Notes under the pieces: model-generated
Databases searched by the model: none
What the model was told of the DNA's origin: nothing
Seen by the model: only the letters and a program-made list of their open reading frames with translations
Shown: positions 46,314 to 57,386 of the stretch, piece after piece
Layout of the letters: each line of letters starts with the position of its first letter
How positions within the stretch are numbered: the first letter of the stretch is position 1
Made by a program: the position numbers and the translations under genes
Source of the DNA: Blastocladiella emersonii ATCC 22665
Taxonomy: Eukaryota > Fungi > Blastocladiomycota
Assembly (NCBI GenBank): GCA_025594325.1
Contig: JANHCV010000008.1
Location: 1-64,000 of the forward strand
Length of the DNA: 64,000 nt
Reading direction: 5' to 3'

Positions 46314-47613
46314 ATGGCGCGCGATCCCGTCGTCGCCGCTAAACCGCGCCACTCGGGCACGCCATCCTCGCGCGCCGGGTCGGGCACCGCCACCCCGCTC
46401 GCCACCACCTCCTGGGCCACCGCCAATGCCGCCACCAAGCGCGCAACCGCCACCGCGTCGCCGCCCGTTCGCTCGACGCCCTCGCCGCGTGCCGCCGGCG
46501 GGGGTGCACGGCCAGCGGGTGCTGCGCTCGGATCCGCGGGCGCCGCCTCGCGCAAGCCCGCTGTCGCCCCTTCATCCCGCACCACCGCGACGCGTCCCGC
46601 AGCCCGCAACAGCGCGCCCGCCGGCGCAACCCGTGCGCGCGAGCAGGCGCGGGCCAACCCGCTGCAGCACGAGGTGCACATCTACATCCCGCCTATCCCG
46701 CAGGACCCGTTCGACGAGTCCGTCTACAACCTGATCCCGATCGCCATCACGCCGCCGCCCAAGCCGCCGCGCCACGTGTCCAAATTTGCCGGCATGGCCC
46801 GCACCGAGTACCGGTCCGGCGTGAAACCCATGGCGTCCATGGGCCCGCTGCGCGTCGTGAGTTTCGGGCCCGAGCGGTTCCTCCGTAAGGGCGACGGGGA
46901 GAAGCTCAAGGTCGAGAGTACGTGTCTCTTTCTTCTCGCGCGCGCTGATCGTTGCTTGACTCACCTCGCCATGCGGTAGTCCCCAAGCACCAGCCCGACC
47001 GCACCACGCGCAAGGCCCCGCTGCCCGACGAGCCGGGTAACATCCCCGGGCCCTCGGGCACCGACTTCATCAAGCTCAACCGCGCCACCATGGCCTACTC
47101 GGGTACACTCTCACTCGTTCTCATTCTCGCAACGCGTCGCTGACCCACCCCCCGTAAACGTAGAACCGCCGGCCCCACCCGCGCCGCCGCGCAGCTTCCT
47201 GCGCAAGGCCAACTACGGGCGCAACCCGACGTACCTCGACCACCGCAAGGAGGAGGCCGAGCTGACGGCGCTGCAAGCCGAGATCGAGGCGCACGAGCGC
47301 GCCGCGCACGGGCCCAACGGCCTGGGCAACAACGAGCTGGTCCCGCTGCCCGAGGACGAGCGCAAGCACATCCTCGACGGGCTCAAGGCCAACTGGGAGA
47401 AGCTCAACTCCGAGTACCAGAAGCTTTCGCTCACCGTCGACACGGTGCCCAAGATTGCGCGGTACGTTCCCCTGGTGGTGATCCGTCGCGGGTTCGGCTG
47501 CTCACCCGCACATCCGTGTCTGTAGCAAGGTCAACATGGAGCAGCAGCTCAAGCGCATCGAGGAGGACATTCTGCGCTTCTCGCACGAGAACATTTACGT
47601 GCGCTTCGAGTAG
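46314..47613 (+). CDS. ENKUR: Enkurin (flagellar microtubule inner protein)
   Basis: ESVYNLIP...KPPRHVSKF, YGRNPTYL, LPEDERKHILDGLKANWEKLNSEYQKLSLTVDT and KVNMEQQLKRIEEDI motifs. Three introns. Confidence 0.85.
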
Positions 47614-47920
47614 CCGCCCTGCTCGGCCGCCCGCTCCTACACCATTCATCTGCCGTTGTTTCCTTCCCTCTGACTGACGCGGGGCCTTTCCATACCCGCC
47701 CGCCGCCCTGCCTGTAAATATAAACCCCGACGCGTCTCTGCCCAGCCATGTCATGTCTCGCGCCTGAGACGCGCCGCGCCCTGCGCCGCGCCGCGCGCGT
47801 GGTCGCCACCGCGGCCAAGTCCCGCACGTGCGCCGCCGCCGATCCCTCCTCTCTCTCTCACCTCCTCGAGCAGACCCTGCAACGCATCAACACTAGCTGC
47901 AACAAACGCAAACAGACATC

Positions 47921-48643
47921 ATGGTTGTCGCCCTGTACACGCGCGCCCTCGCCAAGTACCCGATCACGACGCAGTCGGGCGCGACCGGTCCGGCTCACCC
48001 GCATCTCTTGCTATCATGACCGGCTGATGATCGGCCCGCTGATAATGTACTGGGCGATCCTGTCTAGCCGTCTTGTTCGCCGCCGGCGACCTGATCGCGC
48101 AGCAGGGCGTCGAGGGCCGCGGCTGGGCCAAGCACCAGTGGGACCGCACCGCGCGGTACGCCCTCTCACACAACCCGCGACGGCGCGCGCTCACGCCGTT
48201 TGCGCGAACCTAGCATGTCCGCGTTCGGCTTCTTCCTCGCAGGCCCAGCGCTCGCCAACTGGTACCGTTTCCTAGACCGGCGCGTGACCATCGCGCACCC
48301 GGTCGGCAACCTCGCCGCGCGTGTCGCGCTCGACCAGTTCGCCTTCTCGCCCGTGTCGGTCGCCACCTTCTTCTCCGTCAACAGCCTCATGGAGGGTCTG
48401 TCGGTCGACGAGACCCGCGCCAAGCTGCGGCAAAACTACTGGACCGCCCTCGTCAACAACTGGAAGGTCTGGATCGGCGTCCAGCTCGCCAACTTCTACT
48501 TTGTCCCCGTCAACCACCGCCTGCTCGTCGTCAACACGGTCGCCCTCGGGTGGAACGCGTACATGTCGACGCTCAACGCGGGTAAGGTGGAGGAGGTCGA
48601 GGCCGAGAACGGGATGGTGCTCGCGGTCCCCGCGGACAACTAG
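47921..48643 (+). CDS. SYM1: Mpv17/PMP22 family membrane protein (Sym1-like)
   Basis: YTRALAKYPITTQS, LFAAGDLIAQQ, RVALDQFAFSP, NWKVW and ANFYFVP motifs. Two introns. Confidence 0.9.
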
Positions 48644-49180
48644 GCGGCGCTGTGTCGGCGTCGGAGAGAGTCTTGGGCGTGCGATCCATATATGTGTCAT
48701 CCTTACCCGCTGCTGCTCCTGCGTCTACCTCGCGCGCTCGACGAGCGCAGATCATCCTCCTCGCGTCGTCGTGTGCACCTCTCGCCCGCGCCAAGGTCAA
48801 CGGAAGACCCGCTCGACCCACACCGTCTTCGCGGCCATGACAAAGACGTCATCGCGCCCAGGCCTCGCACGCGGGGCTCGCGACGCGCACGATCAGTTCG
48901 CGGTCCTGGGCGTTGCGCGCCGGCGCTCGCCCACCGCGCCTTCTTGACGTCGCAGGGAACGCGTTCATCGCGCATGCTCGCGATGGTGGACTTGATGCAA
49001 TCGAATGGACCTACTTCGCGGCGGAGCTCGGCGCGCAGCGTTGCTGTCCCAGCAGGACCTGCTCGTGCTCAAGTGCCGCGACGCGAGCGCAGTCAGGACG
49101 CACCGCTCACTCACCTCAGTACCAGCATGATCGAGTTGAAAACGTATCGTAACGTGTATTGAGGGCAAGAACAAGGCGGC

Positions 49181-50348
49181 TTAGCAGCAACCACTGTCGC
49201 CGAAATCCGCCGCGCCGCCCGCATTCGCCGCGTCCAACTCGGACTGCATCGCGTCCATGACCTTGGGCATGTCGTAAGTGCGCAGGGCTTCAGACATGAG
49301 CTTCCCATCAAACACGCCCTCGTCGACCGTCCCATCGCCGCGCGTGGCGACCGACGCGTCCACAACCCCGTCCGCGTCGCGGTCCTCGAACACGTTCGTC
49401 CACACGCCCGTCGGCAGGTTCTCCGTGACCACGAACCGCTCGACCACGCCGTCCGCGTCGAGATCCTGCGCGACCACCGTCGTCGAGTTCACCTCGTGCG
49501 TGACGACCTCGGGCCGCCCGTCCTGGTCGGCGTCCTCGCCGTACGCGTACGGCGTGCCATCCGGCGCCAGCAGCGCCGCGCGGTCAGCCACGCCGTCGCC
49601 GTCCTCGTCGCTGGCGACGACGTGCAGCCCGGGGCCCATCGTCGCCGACTCGTCAGTCGCGGCGTCGCCGGACCCGCCGCCGTACATGGGCTGGAACAGG
49701 AGCTCGGCCCGGTTCGCCGACGCGACCGCCACCGGCTGCTCCGTGGCGCCGAGCTGCGCGTCGATCGCCGCCGCGACGTCGGACACGGTCATGCTCTCCT
49801 CGCGGAACACGGCGGCGCGGAACGCGGACGTGAACGGGCTGCCCGTCGTGTCCCACTCGACGCCCTCGGGCGTCACCGCCGCCGCGGCCGCCGCGGGGAT
49901 CTCGCCCGTCGGCGCGAGCGTGACCACGTTCCCCACGAAATTGGCCTCGGACAGCATGAGCGGGTCGCCGTTCCCCGCGGCGATCGTGCCGGGCGTGTCG
50001 ATGGTCATGGTCAGGTTGGCGCCCTCGGGGAGCCCCGCGAGGATCGCGCGGATCTCGTCGTTGTTGATCACGCCGTCCGACACCTGCATGAGCGCCGTCG
50101 AAATGTCGGCGCCCGACGCGCCAGAGAAGGAGAAGGCGAGCTGGTCGCCCGGCTCCGCGGAATCGACCATGTCGCGCAGCGCGTCCAGAACGGCCGCGCG
50201 TTACCGTGGCGCCGTCGGCGTAGGTCAGTGTGGCGATGTTGTCGAAGCCCAGGCGCGCGGCCACGTCAGCCATGGTCGCGGCGTCGGCCGAGTTGGCGGT
50301 CGCGTCGCCCGTGTTGATCCCGATGCAAATGGCCGAGGACGCGGGCAT
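49181..50348 (-). pseudogene. Inactive metacaspase-fold protein with Dx[DN]xDG repeats (copy 3), frameshift near 50195
   Basis: MPASSAICIG start; the frame breaks at ACG CGC G GCC GTT (paralogs read TREQVL). Downstream it has FSFSGASG, NNDEIRAIL, ANRAELLF and DEDGDG/DADQDG/DLDADG loops, ending GCC. Confidence 0.65.
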
Positions 50349-50840
50349 TTTGGTTGGTGTCGATTCGTAGAGCGTGCGTTGCAGTTGCGCTGTGGGATCG
50401 GAATGCGGCAGGGCGGCCAGCTTTTAAGGACTCGCGACGCGGCAGCGGGGAGGCTGTGTGATCCATGCGCTGATCTGGGGTTGAGTCAAGCGAGAAACGC
50501 GTCCCCGGATGCGGCTATGCCACTCGCCCTCGACTGCCAGCGCACCGAGCTTTCTGAATAATTAGTGCTGGCTTCCATCAACGCCCGGATTGCAGGGAAA
50601 TCTTGTCTGAGCTTTCGCACCGTGTCGTGATGAGGCCCGTGTGGTCGCAAGAAGAATCCCTCACGTGAAGGGAGCCCGCCCCCAGCTGGCGCGAGCTCTG
50701 CCTTCCTCGAACACGGGCCGGAAGCTCGAGCGTGTCATGCGCCGTTTACATGTTTTGGTGACACGAGCGCGTTGCGCCACAGCGTGATCGCGTAACTCAC
50801 TCGCCTCACTCTCACATGGCCAAGGAAAAGTAATTTCTGT

Positions 50841-52493
50841 TCACACAATGATCTCGCACTCGGGGTACCCCTTGGTGAACGCGGCGAGACCCGCGCTCGT
50901 GCTTGGGATCCCACAGCCAGCGATTTCCAAGACACGCAGCTTGGGCAGCTTGGCCCGCGACAAGGCTGACATGGCTTTCTCGCTGAGCCCGCTGTGCGAG
51001 AGGTCAAGCCGGACCAAGCTTTGCGGGAGGTGCAACAGAAACGCGGCGGTGAGCGGCCTGAGTCGAGATGTATGCGTGATGCCGAGTTCGTCCATGGTTG
51101 CGGGGAGCTTCTCTATGAGCGCGACAAGTGAGGACTCGCTGGTGGCAAGACCGACCATGTGCAGACGCTTGAGGTTCGGCGGGAGAAGCTTCGCGATGGT
51201 GTCGTAGTACGAGCAGTAGAGCGATGAAAAGCTGAGATCGAGAGTATGGACTGACGCAGGAAGGTTGAGAAGCAGCTCCAGGAACGGATCGATGGCGGAC
51301 ACGAGGTACGCGAGTTTGAGGCACTCGAGCTGTGAAGGGTAGTTGAGTCCCAGGGCAGTCCAAACTCGCCGGCCCAGCCTCGTGTGCTCAAGCGCCAGCT
51401 CTTTGAGAGAAGCAGGGAGGTGCGTCAAGACATGTACTGCCGGAGAACCGGTAAAGTGCTTGCCACGGATTGCCAAGCTGCGGAGATGCACGGGAAAGCG
51501 GCGGACGAGCGCGTCGGCAGCGGCGAGGTCCCAGTGAGCGTCGGGCAGCGCGAGCCGTTCGAGCAGCGGCGGTAAGCCGTGGATGAGATCGAGCAGCGCG
51601 CGAGCTGACATGGGCGTACCGGAATCGCGAGGCTGCGTGGGGAACTCGAGAGTGCGAAGCGAAGCAGGGAGGTAGCGGAGTAGACGCGTTGGGTTGGCAG
51701 ACGCACGCGGCGGCACGGAGGATAAGGCGAGTTTGGTGAGCTGCACCGGCAGCCACGGGGAAGGCACCGCCTCGTCCGCCGTCGCGCCATGGACGAGGGT
51801 AGCAAGGTCAAGGGTAAGCGACTTGACGGAATCAGGCAACTGCAAGCCGGCGAATATGCGAAATGTGAGGTTGGACACGTTGGCCATGCATACGGCGGTG
51901 ACGGCCTGAAGTGGGCTCGCTAGCGCGGTGCGAAGCATCGCAACGACCGCGTCTGTGATCCACTGGTGTCCGAGGTCAAGCTCGGTAACCTCGCCTGCCG
52001 CGACCGCCACTGCAAGTGGGGTAAACGACGCTTCGAGTGCCGATTCATCGATTCGACCGGTCAGGTGGTTGTACAGAACGTGGTATGGCAGGCTTTGGGT
52101 CCCGTGCCTGCGCCAGAACTCAATGACGTGGTAGTGGCCTCGCCGCCAAGCGCCAAGAAAGGCCTGGCCGAGTTCCTCGCGCGTCAGCGGGATGGGTCGG
52201 CCCGAGACGATCCAGGCGCGGACGGCAGCCAAGCGGCCGTGTGCGATGGCGTCGCGCAGCGGGTTCTTGTGCAAGACTCTATCGAGGATGGCGGCACGGA
52301 CGCGAGGCGCTTCGCGGTGAAGCATGACCCGGCCGAGTCGGGCGATGGCATCGGCGTCGGCTGGATCAAGCAGGTTGACAGCGTGCACGAGGATGCACTC
52401 GAAGACGGCATCGATCCGAAGCCGGAACGAACGCGACGAGGGTGCCGCCGAGCTCAGCAAGGCCGTCGGTTGGTGTTGCTCGAAGTCTTTCAT
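50841..52493 (-). CDS. RNI-like leucine-rich repeat protein with F-box-like/ankyrin-like N-terminus (copy 1)
   Basis: 550-aa ORF with repeated LPxxLxxLxL units. The N-terminus reads RIDAVFECILVHAV...RDAIAHGRL. Confidence 0.75.
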   Translation of the reverse strand: MKDFEQHQPTALLSSAAPSSRSFRLRIDAVFECILVHAVNLLDPADADAIARLGRVMLHREAPRVRAAILDRVLHKNPLRDAIAHGRLAAVRAWIVSGRPIPLTREELGQAFLGAWRRGHYHVIEFWRRHGTQSLPYHVLYNHLTGRIDESALEASFTPLAVAVAAGEVTELDLGHQWITDAVVAMLRTALASPLQAVTAVCMANVSNLTFRIFAGLQLPDSVKSLTLDLATLVHGATADEAVPSPWLPVQLTKLALSSVPPRASANPTRLLRYLPASLRTLEFPTQPRDSGTPMSARALLDLIHGLPPLLERLALPDAHWDLAAADALVRRFPVHLRSLAIRGKHFTGSPAVHVLTHLPASLKELALEHTRLGRRVWTALGLNYPSQLECLKLAYLVSAIDPFLELLLNLPASVHTLDLSFSSLYCSYYDTIAKLLPPNLKRLHMVGLATSESSLVALIEKLPATMDELGITHTSRLRPLTAAFLLHLPQSLVRLDLSHSGLSEKAMSALSRAKLPKLRVLEIAGCGIPSTSAGLAAFTKGYPECEIIV

Positions 52494-52959
52494 GATGTTC
52501 CCATGGCTCTTTCCGAGTCTTCAGTGCGAGGAGTAATGCGTGCGCGAAGAGAGCCAGCGTGGGGACGGCGGACGAGCGCCTGGAAGAGCGCCGCCGCTCT
52601 CCCGCAGCGCCGCGCGGATCACGCTGGATGTGGCCACCCACGCTGAGAGACTTGATGCAATCGAATGAAGCCGTCACATTGCGGATGCGCGAGGGAGCAG
52701 CACGCTGCGCGCGCTTTGGCAGCGGTCATGTCCGAGCGAGCGCCCGCCCGCGGCCTGAGTGGGAGCGCCACCGAGGTCTTGAAGTTGACCGTGCGCCGAG
52801 ATCAACTACAGTCTCGTTCCATGCGTTGAATCGAACGGCATCGCTTGAGAAATGTGTCCTCGATTTGTCCCCGATTTGTCCGGGAGACATCGCGCACGAG
52901 TTCCTTAAAGCTCGCCCGCCAGTACCCACAGCGTGCATTCTCCCAACTGATACTAGACA

Positions 52960-54330
52960 ATGAATCATTCCCCACGACTTGCTGTGCCCGATGTCATCGA
53001 CCACATCCTGGCGATGGCCGTGCGCCTACACGATCTGCGCGATCCGCGCGAGTTTGACACGATGGTGCAGTACGCCCGCGTCATGCCCGCGAGCAGCATC
53101 CCGTCGGTCCGCTGCGCGATCTTCGAACACGTATCGCGCATGACCATGGACGAGGCCACTCGCACTGGCCGAACTAATGTGCTCGAGGCGCGGAAGCGGC
53201 TGAAGCAGTCGCTCGTCTTTACTCCAGCGGTGATCGAGGCGTACGGCGTCCAGTTTCTCCCCGTCATCGAGTGGTGGCGTCAGTCGCGACTTCTGTCACC
53301 GTCGACCCATTGGGGCTCGTCAATCTTGCGCGCCTACTTTTCCGACTCGATTATGCAATTCTCGTCGCCTGGCGGGCTTGAATGGGCTCGAGCGAGCCGT
53401 CTCAACGAGGTGCGCACCGGGGACGTCCAGCTTCTTCTTATTCGCAACTTTCGCGTGTCGCTCGCGGACGCACGCGCACTCGCCGCCGCGTTTGCTGATC
53501 CGCGGCAGCGAGTCAAAGACGTGACTCTTGCGGCCTGCATCATGACCTTTCCGCTCATTTGCGCCCTCGAACTGCCTAATACGGTGACTTCGCTCACACT
53601 TGATGACAACTGGATCTGCGAAGGAGCGCCGCGCGAGGGCGAGCCTCACATCTCTCCGTTACCTGCGTCACTCGAGTCCATCATCCTCGTGCGCACTCCG
53701 CTCGGCGGCCATCGCCCAGGCGGGTTCTTCCGGTCCCTCCCGAGTACTTTGACTCGCCTGCATATCTCGCAGAGCACGCTTTCTCCTGATGCAGCTCATG
53801 TCCTTGCGAAACATATGCCTGGCAGCCTCGTGGATCTCGCACTCAACGGGTGCGGGATCGGGACGCAGGAGCTTCGAATTCTTGTGCCATGCATCCCGCG
53901 AACCGTTCGGACTCTTCGAATGGCCAACAACAACATTCTCACCGAAAACTTGGCCTTGCTGGCCCGCGGCTTTCCGTCCGAACTCCAGGTCCTCGATCTC
54001 TCAGGCAACATTCTCACTGACCACGGCGTGGCCGCGCTCGGACCGCTGCTACCCCAAGAGCTTGAAGACCTGCGGTTGTCCAAGGTCGCGCTTGGACACG
54101 CCGGCATCGTGGCGTTGGCCGAGCACCTTCCGCCCAAGCTCATCAAGCTCAACCTGCAACATGTTATGGTCACGCAACGCGCGTTTGACGTGCTCGCGGC
54201 CCGCCTTCCACCATCCGTGCAGGAGATACGCCTTGAGCACGCGACGATGGGATGGACGGGCCGGCCGCTGAAGCAAACGAGCATTCGGTTGCGGCCGCAG
54301 CTCGCTGTCAACGCGCAAATTTTCATGTAA
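52960..54330 (+). CDS. RNI-like LRR protein with F-box-like/ankyrin-like N-terminus (copy 2)
   Basis: AVPDVIDHILAMAV...MDEATRTGRTNVLE, followed by LPxxLxxLDLSGNxLTDxG-type repeats. Confidence 0.8.
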   Translation: MNHSPRLAVPDVIDHILAMAVRLHDLRDPREFDTMVQYARVMPASSIPSVRCAIFEHVSRMTMDEATRTGRTNVLEARKRLKQSLVFTPAVIEAYGVQFLPVIEWWRQSRLLSPSTHWGSSILRAYFSDSIMQFSSPGGLEWARASRLNEVRTGDVQLLLIRNFRVSLADARALAAAFADPRQRVKDVTLAACIMTFPLICALELPNTVTSLTLDDNWICEGAPREGEPHISPLPASLESIILVRTPLGGHRPGGFFRSLPSTLTRLHISQSTLSPDAAHVLAKHMPGSLVDLALNGCGIGTQELRILVPCIPRTVRTLRMANNNILTENLALLARGFPSELQVLDLSGNILTDHGVAALGPLLPQELEDLRLSKVALGHAGIVALAEHLPPKLIKLNLQHVMVTQRAFDVLAARLPPSVQEIRLEHATMGWTGRPLKQTSIRLRPQLAVNAQIFM

Positions 54331-55863
54331 GTAATCAAACAGCTTCAGGTCGACATGGAAATGAAATACACGTTTAACTAGAGCTGAATTTGATGCAAAT
54401 CTCGGCCCGACATGACCAACGTCGCGAAGAACTGCGCCGTTTGGGCGCGTGACGTCGCCAAAGGCGCGAATGATGGCGTCGACGCTCTTGCAGAAGGCCA
54501 ACAAGGGTCGATACGTGACACCAGTGGTGAGATCCTTCACCTCGAGCCATTCCCACTGCGTGAAAGAGATCTCCAGATGGTAGATATCGAAGGAAGCGAG
54601 GATGCAGCGAGATTGAGTGCCCTGGTAGACAACATGTACGGGGGTCGGCTCAAAGTGCTTTCTCGCGATGGAAGGGTTGGGCGTAACGGGCAGAGTTTGG
54701 ATACGTTGTTGACAGACCGATGTAAGCTGAGTGGCCTGGTCCGCATCCGATGAGCACTTGGGGGCTTCGACGCGATACTGCTGCCAACACCGCTGGAGAA
54801 ACGGGATTGGTACGTTGCGGTGAGCTGGAGAGTGAAGGAAGAGCGAGGGAGCGACCCAGAACCGGAGGCTGATTGTCATCGGCCGAATTCCAGTTGTAAC
54901 CTGGACTTCCTCGATAATGGACTGGCGCGAGATTGAGTAGAAAGCAATCGGTCCACCGTGGAATGCGAGGAGAAGCTTGTCGGGGTCCATTGTGGTGTCA
55001 CAATAGGAGAATTGACGGTCGTGTTGGACCTCGAGTCGAGATAGCGGCGCCAGCGAGTCCGGGTCGAGCATTTCGATGACGCAGTGGCGGGGTTCCAAAG
55101 CCATGGAGGTCAGCATCAAGTCACCGGACTCATCGGACTCGAAAGTAGCGACATTCTCTCTGAAACTATTCGGAGGCATTTGGCGCGTCGCCTCTAGTGC
55201 ACTGGCAGCGTGGCGGTTCCAGTGCCACCACGCCAGATGCCGTGGCCCGTCGCGGTCAGGCGAAGTGACGCGGGCAAGGAAACGCGATCTCTCCGATTCG
55301 ATGCGGAGAATTTTGATGTTGTGATCCGGGCCGATGTCGAACGGCAAGTCGGGGCAGTCGCTGAAGTACACAGTGGTGACCGGCTCGAGTGAGGGCAGAG
55401 CAATGACGTGCGCGCAGAAGTAGGCAGCGGCGAGATGTTGCTTGTAGCGCTTGGCGATCGTCACAAGGTGCTGCATGTCGGAAGAAATCGATTCGTAGTC
55501 AACGAGCGTGTCCGTCGGGTCACGCGGTGCGGCGTAGTCGATGCGCACAAGGTCGAACTGTCCTTTGGTCCAGATGTGGTGGGCGCGCGCTTGGTCGCGA
55601 ACGGCGGCCCACCACGAGGCGGGGTGGTCGCCCACGCGCGGCGCTCGGCCGTACATGTCGGTGCACAACGGCCCGTTACGGGCAACGAAAAGAGCGTGAC
55701 CAACACGTTCATCGCAAGGATGCGAGTGCAGCGCGCGGCTCGCGCACATCACGGCAAGCACGTCGCGCGGGCAGTCGGTCGAAGCGACGCGCACGATGAT
55801 GTCGATCCAGAGTTCGGGCGAAAGCTGAACTGGGCTCGCTAGAGGTTCTTCCATTGGTTGCAT
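54049..55863 (-). CDS. F-box protein with beta-rich (propeller-like) C-terminal region; 3' end uncertain
   Basis: LSPELWIDIIVRV...RDVLAVMCASRAL F-box pattern, followed by SWWAAVRDQARAHHIWTKG, which resembles the linker of F-box/WD proteins. The ORF overlaps the convergent LRR gene. Confidence 0.6.
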   Translation of the reverse strand: MQPMEEPLASPVQLSPELWIDIIVRVASTDCPRDVLAVMCASRALHSHPCDERVGHALFVARNGPLCTDMYGRAPRVGDHPASWWAAVRDQARAHHIWTKGQFDLVRIDYAAPRDPTDTLVDYESISSDMQHLVTIAKRYKQHLAAAYFCAHVIALPSLEPVTTVYFSDCPDLPFDIGPDHNIKILRIESERSRFLARVTSPDRDGPRHLAWWHWNRHAASALEATRQMPPNSFRENVATFESDESGDLMLTSMALEPRHCVIEMLDPDSLAPLSRLEVQHDRQFSYCDTTMDPDKLLLAFHGGPIAFYSISRQSIIEEVQVTTGIRPMTISLRFWVAPSLFLHSPAHRNVPIPFLQRCWQQYRVEAPKCSSDADQATQLTSVCQQRIQTLPVTPNPSIARKHFEPTPVHVVYQGTQSRCILASFDIYHLEISFTQWEWLEVKDLTTGVTYRPLLAFCKSVDAIIRAFGDVTRPNGAVLRDVGHVGPRFASNSALVKRVFHFHVDLKLFDYLHENLRVDSELRPQPNARLLQRPARPSHRRVLKAYLLHGWWKAGREHVKRALRDHNMLQVELDELGRKVLGQRHDAGVSKRDLGQPQVFKLLG

Positions 55864-56704
55864 GATGTCTTGCGGCGGTATTCTGAGCCGTGGGAATGAA
55901 GGCACGCTCAAACGACGGAGCGCGAGTTGGCGCGCGAACGCGGCGAGGGAAGCGCGCCGTCGACGCGTCTTGAGATCGCGTGACCTGTTGCCACCGCCGT
56001 CTCAACACCAATCGTCTCGAACCCGCCGCGTTTCAGCTGGTATTGCAATGTAACCCGATGCAACATGATTGCTTCCCAAATGTCTTGCGATCCTTCTGGT
56101 TCTGCGGGAAATCCGAGCAGCGCGGTCGGGACTTGACCGGCGGAGTCTTGTTCCGACATCGGCCCCCAGCAGCGGGCCTCTCCAATTCTTCAAGACATGA
56201 ACGATCGGACAGAGGCGTTTCGCGCTGCCCTCGTTTTAAGGCTTTCCCGCTTGTCTTCGCCAGCCTTGGAGACGACGCAGCCTTGACGCTTGAGCAGGTC
56301 TCCTCAGAAGGGATTTCACACAACTCGTCGGGACCAATCGCGGTCGCGTTCACCTGGATGTTCCAGGGTGTGATCACGCTCTTGCTCATGGTCACGCAGT
56401 GCGCCACAGCGGCGCTCTCGTTTGGGGTCAAACGACGGGCTACAACACCGTTAGCGCTCTCATTCGCGCAGGACTTCTCGGCGGCGGCGGCGCTCGCTCT
56501 CAAACCCCTGCTCTGCGTCCCCTCAACGGCGCCCGGGCTCGTGGCACCAGCGTTCCCCGCCTCGAGTCTCTCACTGGTCATTGGGCTCGCGGCTCACTGC
56601 CGCGCAGTTTGCTTGTCTGTGCCGCAAGATTGGGAACTCTGTCATGCGCTTTAAATGCATACCGCTCGACTCCAACGGAGCAATGACTGAAGCGCGCAAC
56701 TTTT

Positions 56705-57386
56705 TTGAATGACTTGCAGCGTGCCGCCCCCGAGGCGCCGCTTGCTCATCTCCCCACCGCAGCCGTGTGCAGCGTCCCGCGCCTGGTACATCAAATCTAC
56801 GGGGTTCACTTGCGCGATACGGCCTTGGATCGCGAGGCCAAGCGGATTTTCCTTGCCGCTGTCGATCCAAGACCATTCAACGACTGGAATCGGCAGTGGC
56901 TCAATCACATCCCGGGTCCGCGCGAACGAGATGCACTAGCAAACATGGTGGCCCCCAACACGACGCGCCCTGTCAACTCCCCGACCGGCTCGGAGCCTGG
57001 TGACGTGAACGCTGAGCTGCAGGACGCGATCCAGCGTCAGGATGCCCGGATTCGCAACCTCGAGGGCCGGATCCGGCGAAAAGACAGGCGGCACGCCGCT
57101 GCCATCGACCAGCTGGAGGCGCAGGTCGCACAGCTCACGGAGCAGCTGGCCGCGGCCAATGCGCGCGAGGCTCACCTCGAGCAGCAGTTTGGCCGCGTGA
57201 TCGGGACTATCAACCGTGTGGCAGAGAATGCTCGTGGCTATGGCCAACACAGTAAAGGGTCTCGACATCTCCCGCAAGCCGTACGTCTTTTTGTGTGGTA
57301 ATTTGAGCAAGTAGGATCCCGCTGACGGCTTATTGAACCTCATTAGCGCCCACGAGCAGAAGCAGCCCCTCGAGACCAATGAGTGA
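56705..57386 (+). CDS. Hypothetical coiled-coil protein
   Basis: Heptad-rich segment LQDAIQRQDARIRNLEGRI...LEAQVAQLTEQL. A possible 44-bp GT-AG intron at 57281-57324 leads to a short last exon. Start uncertain. Confidence 0.4.
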
